DNA of 64,000 bases, from positions 37,824-101,823 of the forward strand of contig CAZWZF010000005.1 of assembly GCA_964638715.1 (NCBI GenBank), written 5' to 3'. Below are positions 33,001 to 40,580 of this stretch, piece after piece; positions within the stretch are counted from its first letter, which is position 1; each line of letters opens with the position of its first letter. Both the position numbers and the translations under genes were made by a program. The DNA comes from an uncultured bacterium. GTDB lineage: Bacteria; Armatimonadota; Hebobacteria; CAIYQO01. The notes below the pieces were generated by a model. That model searched no databases. It saw only the letters and a list, made by a program, of their open reading frames with translations, and was not told where the DNA came from.

Positions 33001-33959
33001 TCCGCTGGCCCGACCCGGCCGTGCCCGGTGCGATCATGGACACCGTGCCGCCCGGCATGGGCGCCGAAGATTTCGGCGGCTCGATGACGGTCACTAAGGA
33101 CGGTCAACTCTATATCCAACACGGCAAGACCGCCTTCATCAACTCCCGCGTCGTCGGACTCGACAGCGTCCGCAAACTGCCGGGCGGCAAATTGACGGTG
33201 GCCCCGGACGATCTGGCCAAGGCCAATGCGATCCGCGACAAGCTCTTACAGGCCAGCGTCGGCGCGAAGATGACCACGGCGAAGAAGAGCACAGTGGCCT
33301 TCACGGGCGACCTGCGCAAGGACTTCAACACCAAGGAACCGCTGACGTTTCAGAAGACCAACGCGGACCGCGTTGAAGCGGGGATTGCCTGGGACGATAC
33401 GAACCTCTACCTCGGCTGGCAGCTGAACGACGCCACGCCGTGGGTCAACGGCGCCGGCGACGCCGCCCAGATGTACGCCATGGGCGACACGGTGGACTTC
33501 CAACTCGGTACCGACCCGAAGGCCAACGCCAAGCGCGACAAGCCCGCACTCGGCGACCTGCGCCTGTCCATCGGGAACCTCAACGGCAAACCGACCGCTG
33601 TGATATTCCGCCCGGTGGCGAAGGAAAAGGCGCCGAAGAAGTTCTTCTCCGGTGTCTGGCGCGACGGCGTCGAGTACGACAGCGTCCTGACGCTGACCGA
33701 CGCGAAGATCGAGGTCAAGGTGGACGCGGCAGGGAAACGCTACGTCGTTGAAGCCGCCATCCCGTTGGCGACGCTCGGGCTGAAACCCGCGGCCGGCCTG
33801 ACCCTGAGCGGCGACTTCGGCGCCACCTTCGGCGACGCCGCCGGCAAGGACACGGTGCTGCGGAGTTACTGGAACAACCAGGCTACCGGCATCGTGGCCG
33901 ACGAGGTGGCGGAGTTGCAGCTCGAGCCCAAGAACTGGGGCCGCCTGATCTTCGAGTAA
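30027..33959 (+). CDS. giant secreted protein: CBM9/DOMON-like ends, FlgD-Ig-like domain, NHL-type beta-propeller repeats; GC-rich
   Basis: Signal peptide. VAIDGKVDDWDL...YDADNLYVLARF. KGKHELLWDGLT...VPAGDYSW. NHL-like GNIYIGVGDPDNQVKVFDKIGKPLRAIG. The ORF encodes 1310 aa. Confidence 0.7.
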   Translation: MRNFIVVLLSLVFTVAMATETENLGIRILPVPGKVAIDGKVDDWDLSGGVLVCGDVENMRDKMAVWIHTMYDADNLYVLARFLDETPMSHPGSIAGDYGFMGDSLQLRLIAKPEENDPRSSMGGKEVCWVTAWRDRDAKDVVNLHFPRKQEAGGDKQIADAKKVGAQQAFLATADGKGYVQEMAIPWKLLADGGLTPKPGERIVFSVEPNFNTSAKFRITLKDLFRPGILPDRMFTFSAWNCWGYGVFAPAGKVEPQMVRLADNRELKVSMQKGVPVVDWTELFEVKKTEGFAKINLDLPEDGYVSLNIKNADGQVVRHLLTANFLSKGKHELLWDGLTTMSHMKPGEVVPAGDYSWEAIYHTGIGLRLVGWAHNAGRAPFDSPGGNWGGDMAPPISVAADNTSMYLGWAFAEAGQAVVCTDFDGNVKWRHKRGGFGGASLLAVSDGIVYVYDLGQGNAIYRLDATKGDYSNWQGSEDAALALTPILGEAKKAESTLQPTATGMVATGGKLFISFGSKPKDWENKFQLSGDALFVLDAKTGKLLQRINTADPQDLKLGADGKLYLLSGNGNVSTVDPVNVALTEVVKGVPNARSVTADKEGNIYIGVGDPDNQVKVFDKIGKPLRAIGKAGGRPLLGLWDAAGMRFIAGIQVDAKGQLWVMEYDGMPRRISRWDATTGAFTREFFGPTTYGASGGAISPDDPLVMVGAGCEWRLDEKTGKAACVGVFDRGETHGARFGKGPNGRLYVAVGGAWHAATPVSIYERLGAGQYKLRAKLSALVEKMDNGRGGTSEVRTGYVVWSDANDDQQEQPDEVRPYKADLGGWVNGWYLPMAPSMIFYGTNYRLAPTSWTACGAPLYDFAQAKRMPTPDDSKGMHGIGMGATRGLGSTDGRLMVYNGLYGESHSEFPCYDIETGKLRWSYPNNYVGVHGGHNAPPPQVGMIRGAYDILGTGRLPDPIGDIFVIATDKGEWHILTGEGYYLTRLFEADVLKIRWPDPAVPGAIMDTVPPGMGAEDFGGSMTVTKDGQLYIQHGKTAFINSRVVGLDSVRKLPGGKLTVAPDDLAKANAIRDKLLQASVGAKMTTAKKSTVAFTGDLRKDFNTKEPLTFQKTNADRVEAGIAWDDTNLYLGWQLNDATPWVNGAGDAAQMYAMGDTVDFQLGTDPKANAKRDKPALGDLRLSIGNLNGKPTAVIFRPVAKEKAPKKFFSGVWRDGVEYDSVLTLTDAKIEVKVDAAGKRYVVEAAIPLATLGLKPAAGLTLSGDFGATFGDAAGKDTVLRSYWNNQATGIVADEVAELQLEPKNWGRLIFE

Positions 33960-34099
33960 GCCAACAGGAACTCCACGATGCAGCGACTGGCCTGTCGCTC
34001 GGGTAGTTGCCCGAGTGACAGGTCTGAACGGCACAAGGAAGACCTGCTCCTTCGCCAGAAAAACGAACGCTGATGCGTATACCACACTGGAGCAAACCG

Positions 34100-36151
34100 A
34101 TGATGAACAAACTGATTCGCGCCGGCCTCGCCGCCGGTATCGTGGCACTGACTGCCGGTAGCGCCGTGCTCGCCGCTGAGCCGCCGGCCGGCCCCGCGCA
34201 GGCGCGGCCGCCGGCCTGGGCGGCAAAGGGCGCGTATGTCTTCCGCGTCTCGACGCCCGACGAAGCCGATGTGTTGCCGCAGCTCGAAGAAGGGCACGCG
34301 ATCGTCGCCAACCTGCTCGACGGAACCGTCCCGCAGATCACGATCGTGAACGGGTTGATCGGCCACGATCATCCCGGGCCGTGGAACTGGGACGGGCTCT
34401 GGCCGTACTGGAACCGGGCGACGTTCCGCGCGGGCAACTTCGAGAAGCTCGCTGCCTTCATGGCCCGGGCGAAGAAGAACTCGAACGTCTACACCGGATT
34501 CCACCTCAACCTGACCGATGTGAACATCGGCCTGCGCGATTACCCCGAGTCGCGGGCGTTCTTCCAGAAACTCGTCGAAACCAAATCGATCTACCGCCGG
34601 GATTGGAGCAAGGAGACGAACAAACGCGATGGCGAACCGTTCGTCCCGCTCGAGATCGACCAATACTCGGGCGCCAAGCCTGGCCAGCCGCATAATCCCG
34701 TGGGGATCTTCGCGCTCGTGAACTACAAGAACTTATGGGACAGCGGGCTGGCGAAGGAGATGATCGACGGCTTCTATGCGAAACTGCCGTTTGCGCCGCC
34801 CATGCTGTATCTCGACGTGCTCAACGCCGGCGGGGGCAATTTTTCTACCGGGTTTCCCGACGGACCGCTGGGTGGCAGTGAGAAGACGCAGATCGAAGGC
34901 ATGCGGGCCATCGCCGATTATCTGCACAGCAAAGGCACCGATCTGGGCACCGAGGGTAATCGCCGCTTTCTCGGCACCAACGCGCAAGGTTTGCCGCGTG
35001 CCGGTTACGTCTGGCTGCACGGCAGCGGCATCTCCGCCGACGACTACAGCGTGATCTCCGGCGGCTCTGGCTCGCCTCTGGTCGAGCAGATCCTTGGCTC
35101 GGCCGGCGCCTTCAACGTCTCGCCGATCGCCAGTACGACGAGCCACCTGGCGCGCGTGCGCGAGCACTACGCCGCCTTGCTGGCGGGCAAGACGAGCAGC
35201 AAGAAGATGCCGGGCCTCGAAACGGCGCACGTCTGCATCCGGACCGGCAAGGACGAGTTCGACATCCCAGGCACGGGCGACCCGTTTCGGGGAGACTGGG
35301 CCGACCTCGTCAACAACTTCTACCTGATGAGCATCCAGGAACTCTACCACGTGGGCAAACGCAATGTGCGCCTCAGTCGATCGCCAGACCTCAGCTGGCA
35401 CTTCGACAAAGCCATCCTCACCAGTCCCGAGGGCAAGGAGTCCATCCTCGAAGCCGAGAACTTCGTCATCATCGATTGGGCACGGGATGCGGCGATCAAA
35501 TCGGGCTCGGTGTGCATGCAGGATGCGTCGACCCTGAACCTCACCGTCGAGATCACCGAGCCGGGGGATTACGCCCTGAAACTGCGCCTGCTCACGCAGG
35601 ACCACGATGGCGAACTGAACGTGTGCTTGAACGGGGAGTTCCACCGCAACACCTACATCAAACGCGTGGGGTGGCGTCCGATCACCGGCGACTGGCCGAT
35701 CGTGGATTTCGGCACGGTCAAGCTCCGCGCGGGCACCAACACCATCACCGTCGATACCGGCCAGGTCCGGGCCGCGTGGAGCGACGGCACAAAGGCAGAG
35801 TGGAGTACACCGGCATTGTGCAAAGGCTTCAAAGTCTGGCGTGACGACGTGGTCTTCGCCGTGGACTACGACCGGATGTGGCCCGACACGTGGAGCGGCC
35901 AGCAGAAGATCTACTTCTTCAGTTGGGACGGCACGCACCGCGCCTGGAAGCTGCCGGCCGACTGGGGCGCTGTGTCGCGCGCGACATTGTACCCGTTGAC
36001 GCCGGATGGCCGCGGCAAAGGCGTGCCGCTCGCCATCCAGGATCGCACCATCATCCCCGCGCTCCTGCCCCAGGTGCCCTATATCCTCGTACCCGAAAAC
36101 GCCGACAAAGAGAAACACACTATGATGAACACAACACAAAGAGACCAATAA
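34100..36151 (+). CDS. secreted hypothetical protein, possible glycoside hydrolase barrel plus C-terminal CBM-like beta-sandwich; GC-rich
   Basis: Signal peptide MMNKLIRAGLAAGIVALTAGSAVLAAEP. No family recognised with confidence. The last ~15 codons fall in lower-GC DNA. Confidence 0.55.
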   Translation: MMNKLIRAGLAAGIVALTAGSAVLAAEPPAGPAQARPPAWAAKGAYVFRVSTPDEADVLPQLEEGHAIVANLLDGTVPQITIVNGLIGHDHPGPWNWDGLWPYWNRATFRAGNFEKLAAFMARAKKNSNVYTGFHLNLTDVNIGLRDYPESRAFFQKLVETKSIYRRDWSKETNKRDGEPFVPLEIDQYSGAKPGQPHNPVGIFALVNYKNLWDSGLAKEMIDGFYAKLPFAPPMLYLDVLNAGGGNFSTGFPDGPLGGSEKTQIEGMRAIADYLHSKGTDLGTEGNRRFLGTNAQGLPRAGYVWLHGSGISADDYSVISGGSGSPLVEQILGSAGAFNVSPIASTTSHLARVREHYAALLAGKTSSKKMPGLETAHVCIRTGKDEFDIPGTGDPFRGDWADLVNNFYLMSIQELYHVGKRNVRLSRSPDLSWHFDKAILTSPEGKESILEAENFVIIDWARDAAIKSGSVCMQDASTLNLTVEITEPGDYALKLRLLTQDHDGELNVCLNGEFHRNTYIKRVGWRPITGDWPIVDFGTVKLRAGTNTITVDTGQVRAAWSDGTKAEWSTPALCKGFKVWRDDVVFAVDYDRMWPDTWSGQQKIYFFSWDGTHRAWKLPADWGAVSRATLYPLTPDGRGKGVPLAIQDRTIIPALLPQVPYILVPENADKEKHTMMNTTQRDQ

Positions 36152-36169
36152 CTGTGAAAGCAATACGGG

Positions 36170-36408
36170 GATAGGTTATGCATTAACCAGCGTTGACGGC
36201 CGTTGGGTTGAGATTGTCCGTGCAGATGATAATCGCGGACGGTTTCGTATTCATAAGTTTAATGTGGTTCATGCCGACGCGTTGCGCCTGACAGTCGACA
36301 AAGTGCATGCCGGCGGCAAAAGCGCGCGGATTTTTGAGATTCGCGCGTATGGCATTGAAAATGTTGAATAAAATAGATTAATACAGGACTATGCCAAGTA
36401 ATTCTAAT
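36170..36408 (+). repeat. copy 2 of the oxidoreductase 3'-end repeat (orphan fragment with stop codon and downstream spacer)
   Basis: Hand alignment to 26968-27182 gives about nine mismatches in ~180 coding nt. It encodes ...VDGRWVEIVRADDNRGRFRIHKFNVVHADALRLTVDKVHAGGKSARIFEIRAYGIENVE*. Confidence 0.9.
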
Positions 36409-36413
36409 GTTGA

Positions 36414-36442
36414 TTGATATCGCTGCAATATTTTTGTATAAT
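36414..36442 (+). promoter_or_regulatory. sigma70 promoter TTGATA-N17-TATAAT upstream of GH38
   Basis: Hexamers at 36414-36419 and 36437-36442 with a 17-nt spacer. Confidence 0.5.
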
Positions 36443-36570
36443 TATGATATTGAAAAGTTTTATAAGAAATACAGAATAAAATTATAGATAAAAATAGATA
36501 AATAGGTGACTGTCCCTATTTATTCGTACTAGTGCCTGTCTCTATTCAGTTTAGAAAGAAGGAACAACAA

Positions 36571-39435
36571 ATGGCTACTCTTGCACAAAAATACTCCGCG
36601 CTTAAAAAAGCCGTAGGTGGTAACCGTGAAATAATGGGTTACGAAGAAACCTTCGGTATGCCGCAGGAAGAACAGTCACACGTAACGATGCCGAATAAGT
36701 ATATACGCCGTATACTGGCTGAAATCGAGTTTGCGATCAGGCTTTCCGGTGTAAATGACGGCACATTCGACACCGATATCGGAACTGCTCTCGATTATCT
36801 CGAACAGGCGATGGTCGAAGAAGGTGTCTTAACAAAGACCGCATGCATCGAAGCGGAAAAAATGATTCTCAGCCTCGCGGACGCCGCAAAAGAATACAAG
36901 CTGATTCTGGCCGGCCACGCGCATATCGACATGAACTGGATGTGGAGCTGGCACGAAACCGTTGCCGCGACGCTTGCCACCTTCCGAACCATGCTCGATA
37001 TCATGGACGAATACCCCGACTTCTGCTTTTCACAGTCTCAGGCTTCGGTCTACAAGATTGTCGAGGACTTCGAACCCGAGATGATGCAGCGCATAAAGGC
37101 GCGCATAAATGAGGGACGCTGGGAAATAACCGCTTCCGCATGGGTTGAAACCGATAAGAATATGCCCAACACCGAGTCCATGATCCGGCATATCCAATAC
37201 ACTAAGAATTATCTTCGCGACAGTTGGGATATCAATCCCGATTCGCTTGAAGTAGACTTTTCACCCGATACATTCGGCCACAGCGCAAATCTGCCGGAAA
37301 TCAACAATTTCGGCGGCGTGAAATATTACTATCACTGCCGCGCTCTGGACGGCAATCAGGCGCTCTACCGCTGGAAGGGCCAGTCCGGTAAAGAAGTGCT
37401 CGTTTACCGTGAGCAGTATTGGTACAACAGCGCGATAACTCCCAAAATCGGAGCGGGTATTATCGATATCTCAAAACGCTGCGCGGGTTTCAAAACGGGA
37501 CTTGTCGTCTACGGAGTCGGCGACCATGGCGGTGGACCGACAAGGAGAGACGTTGAACGCGCGCTCGAGATGATGCAGTGGCCCATCTATCCGAGAATCA
37601 AGTTCGGCACTTTCCACGAATTTTTCCGTGAAGCTGAGTCAGTCCGCGATAAGCTGCCGCTTGTCGAAAAAGAGCTGAACTTTTCCTTCAGCGGCTGCTA
37701 TACAACGCAGAGCCGTTTAAAAATGGGCAATCGCGCCTGCGAACGCGCGCTTGTCAATGCCGAAGCGATGGGCGCTTTCGCCGCGATGAAGGCGAATGCA
37801 AGCAATAGCAATTACCCGCTTGAAAAAGCCTGGCGCGACGTGCTGTTTACGCATTTCCACGACATACTGACCGGCTCGTGCGTACAGGACAGCCGCGAGC
37901 ACGCGATGGGCCTGTTCTCAAATTCACTCGCTGTGGCACAGTCAAGGTATGCGTCGTCTATACTGAAACTTTCAGAGCAGATTAATACTTCTTCAATTGC
38001 TGCCGATCCCGATATTGCCTCTTCGCAGTCGGAAGGCGCGGGAGCGGGTTACGGCGTGGAGAATTTCGGAGGAATGCCCCGTTCCGAGAGAGGCCGCGGC
38101 AGGACACGCATATTCAATGTATTCAATCCGACAGGAGCAGAGAAGGGCGAGCCGGTTGAAATTACCGTCTGGGATTGGACGGGAGACATGCGCTTTGTCG
38201 ATGTCACCGATGTCTCCGGCGATGCGGTCGAATTCCAGATACTCGACGGCGGGCTGCAGCAGTACTGGGATCATAAATACTTCCGCATCCTGGCGTATGT
38301 GCAGGTGCCGGCATTCGGATACACAACGGTTGTTCTCTCCGAAAAACCGATGCAGGGCGACTATCCGATTTATTATCAGGCCGAAGTCCGCACGCACCAT
38401 CCGAATCAAAACTATGTGCTCGAAAACGAACACATACGCGCCGAATTCGATTACAGAACAGGTGAGATGATAGCACTGCGCGACGTTAAAACAGGTACCG
38501 AGTATCTGAAAGCCGGCGAAAGAGCCGGACTGCGACTTGTTGAAACCGAAGCGGCATCATCCAACGCCTGGAATATCGGCAATTATCTGCGCGTAAACAA
38601 TATAGATCACGCGGTACGCCTACACAGCGAATCGAACGGCGGACTGCGCTGCGGTTTTGTTGCCGAATACAAGGTACTCGGCTCAACGGTCAAACTGCAC
38701 TGCTCCCTCGAAAAAAACGCCCGCGCCATTACCTTTCTTGCCGATGTTGATTGGAATGAAGTCGGCGGAACTGTCATTCCTGTGCTGACCTATGAAGTTC
38801 CTCTTGCCGTCCCACCCGAGTATTATATGTACGACATACCGGCCGGCGTCATCGAGAGAAAACCCCTGGAACTCGATGTTCCCGCGCTGCAGTACGCGAT
38901 GGCGGTCCACCCAAACGAAACCACTTCGGTGGCCATCGTCACCGAAAGCAAGTACGGTTATCGCGGCACGGGCGATGGCAGACTGATTGCAACCTTTATC
39001 AACACGGCCACCAGCCCCGATCCGTATCCGGAACGCGGCATTCATAAAATCAACTTTGCCGTCGGCCTTTTCCCGCACTGCGCCTGGCTCATGGAACAGG
39101 CCGCGACTTCGATTAACAACCGGCTCACCTACCAGCCGACAAACTCCCATCAGGGAACGCTGCCGCCGTCAGGCGCCTTCTTTGGGTTCGAGAGCGAGGG
39201 TGTGGTGATTTCCGCCGTATCAGGCGAAGGCCGCAATGTAACGGTCCGCCTATATAACGTCACAAAGCGGGAAAGCAAATGTACCCTGACCTTTGCCGAA
39301 ACGATCGCATCCGCGTGTTTCACCGATGTCATGGGGTGCAATATCGGTGGCGAGATAATAATCAGTGACGGCAAAGCCGTGTTCGCTGCGGCTCCGTGCG
39401 CCGTAATGAATATTACACTGAGCTTCTGCTCATAA
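36571..39435 (+). CDS. alpha-mannosidase (GH38); intermediate GC
   Basis: AGHAHIDMNWMW, FSPDTFGHS and GVGDHGGGPTRRD are GH38 signatures. Start chosen at MATLAQKY. Confidence 0.85.
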   Translation: MATLAQKYSALKKAVGGNREIMGYEETFGMPQEEQSHVTMPNKYIRRILAEIEFAIRLSGVNDGTFDTDIGTALDYLEQAMVEEGVLTKTACIEAEKMILSLADAAKEYKLILAGHAHIDMNWMWSWHETVAATLATFRTMLDIMDEYPDFCFSQSQASVYKIVEDFEPEMMQRIKARINEGRWEITASAWVETDKNMPNTESMIRHIQYTKNYLRDSWDINPDSLEVDFSPDTFGHSANLPEINNFGGVKYYYHCRALDGNQALYRWKGQSGKEVLVYREQYWYNSAITPKIGAGIIDISKRCAGFKTGLVVYGVGDHGGGPTRRDVERALEMMQWPIYPRIKFGTFHEFFREAESVRDKLPLVEKELNFSFSGCYTTQSRLKMGNRACERALVNAEAMGAFAAMKANASNSNYPLEKAWRDVLFTHFHDILTGSCVQDSREHAMGLFSNSLAVAQSRYASSILKLSEQINTSSIAADPDIASSQSEGAGAGYGVENFGGMPRSERGRGRTRIFNVFNPTGAEKGEPVEITVWDWTGDMRFVDVTDVSGDAVEFQILDGGLQQYWDHKYFRILAYVQVPAFGYTTVVLSEKPMQGDYPIYYQAEVRTHHPNQNYVLENEHIRAEFDYRTGEMIALRDVKTGTEYLKAGERAGLRLVETEAASSNAWNIGNYLRVNNIDHAVRLHSESNGGLRCGFVAEYKVLGSTVKLHCSLEKNARAITFLADVDWNEVGGTVIPVLTYEVPLAVPPEYYMYDIPAGVIERKPLELDVPALQYAMAVHPNETTSVAIVTESKYGYRGTGDGRLIATFINTATSPDPYPERGIHKINFAVGLFPHCAWLMEQAATSINNRLTYQPTNSHQGTLPPSGAFFGFESEGVVISAVSGEGRNVTVRLYNVTKRESKCTLTFAETIASACFTDVMGCNIGGEIIISDGKAVFAAAPCAVMNITLSFCS

Positions 39436-39454
39436 AACGCAGTGACAATACAGA

Positions 39455-39552
39455 GACAGGTCATACATTAACCATCGTTGACGGCCATTGGATTGAGATT
39501 GTCAGTGAAGATGATAATCGCAGACGGTCTCGGATTCATAGGTTTAATGCGG
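39455..39552 (+). repeat. copy 3 (truncated, more diverged) of the oxidoreductase 3'-end repeat
   Basis: It shares the 5' boundary AGGTNATNCATTAACCANCGTTGACGGCC with copy 2. About 14 mismatches in ~98 nt. Homology ends at 39552. Confidence 0.8.
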
Positions 39553-40480
39553 GCCAATTTGCCACCGTCTCATGCCAAGCCGCAATGTTTTCTGGCGGAA
39601 TCCCGGCCGGCCAGTGACTGTAGTCGTCGGCGATCATGCCGCCGAGTCCGGCTCCGGTCGCCTCCAGCAGGTGCGCCGACTCGCAGCGAACCTTTTCAGT
39701 CGTGGCATATGGCAGGCAGGTCTGGATGTCGGGCATGATGGACAACGTCAACCGGCCGCGGCAGGCGGCCATGATCTTCTCCAGCCCCATGCAGTCGGAC
39801 TGCTGAATCTGAAGGATGTCCAGGCCTATGTCGTATAGGTCAGGCATAATCTCCAGAATGTGGCCACAGGAATGCAGGAAGGTGGCGATCCCCAGTTCGC
39901 GGCACAGCTCGAACAGGCGCGCATAGCGCGGCCGGAAGAACTCACGCCAGAGCGCGGGGGAGATCATCAAGCCGTTCTGCAACCCCCAGTCATCCTGGAA
40001 GTAAACACAGTCGACGCCGCTGCCCGCCAGCCGCCCCAGCTCCGCCAAGTGGAACTCGATGATGCGGTCGGCCACCGCCCCCATCTCGTCCGGATATTCG
40101 TAGAGCCAGACCATGGCGTCTTCCATGGGGCAGAGGAAATGGATCTGCTCCCAGATAATCGAGCCAAGGACGACCATCGTCCAGGAGTCACGCGCGGCGG
40201 CGATCCGCTCCAGCACGCCGTCCCAGCGCTCCGACCGAAGCGGATCAGGGAAGAGATGGGCGGCCAGTTCGGCGATCGTCGTCACCGGATAGGTCCGGTC
40301 GCCATGCACCATGCCGTCGCGCGGGATATTGACCACGCCCCACTCGTCGAGAAACCCACCCTTCGGGCGGTTCGTCCGCGTGTTCGGCAGACTGATCCAA
40401 CTCACGTCACCGTAGAGGGTTGGCACCCGGTCGGAGGGCTGATGTCGGACGGCGTTGCGTATACGTTCTTTTGAGTTCAT
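39536..40480 (-). CDS. URO-D/MtaA-like family protein; GC-rich; the last codons and stop lie inside repeat copy 3
   Basis: Family-typical pattern (FLHSCGHILEIMPDLYDIGLDILQ). The terminal ...ALNL* codons (39536-39550) are encoded by the antisense of the repeat fragment. Confidence 0.6.
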   Translation of the reverse strand: MNSKERIRNAVRHQPSDRVPTLYGDVSWISLPNTRTNRPKGGFLDEWGVVNIPRDGMVHGDRTYPVTTIAELAAHLFPDPLRSERWDGVLERIAAARDSWTMVVLGSIIWEQIHFLCPMEDAMVWLYEYPDEMGAVADRIIEFHLAELGRLAGSGVDCVYFQDDWGLQNGLMISPALWREFFRPRYARLFELCRELGIATFLHSCGHILEIMPDLYDIGLDILQIQQSDCMGLEKIMAACRGRLTLSIMPDIQTCLPYATTEKVRCESAHLLEATGAGLGGMIADDYSHWPAGIPPENIAAWHETVANWPALNL

Positions 40481-40580
40481 GCGGCATTGCTCCCTTTTAT
40501 GAGCGGTATAGATTTCTCGCTTAGCAATTCGCTGCCGCCGTGCCCGAGTCCCGTTTCACCAGGACCCGGGCGGGGTTGCG

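Noticed and set aside
33246-36163. Long minus-strand ORFs (33246-34226, 33866-34693, 34733-36163, up to 476 aa).
   Set aside because: They are antisense to the 1310-aa and 692-aa plus-strand genes, have no RBS or recognisable domains, and show a GC-rich shadow-frame composition.
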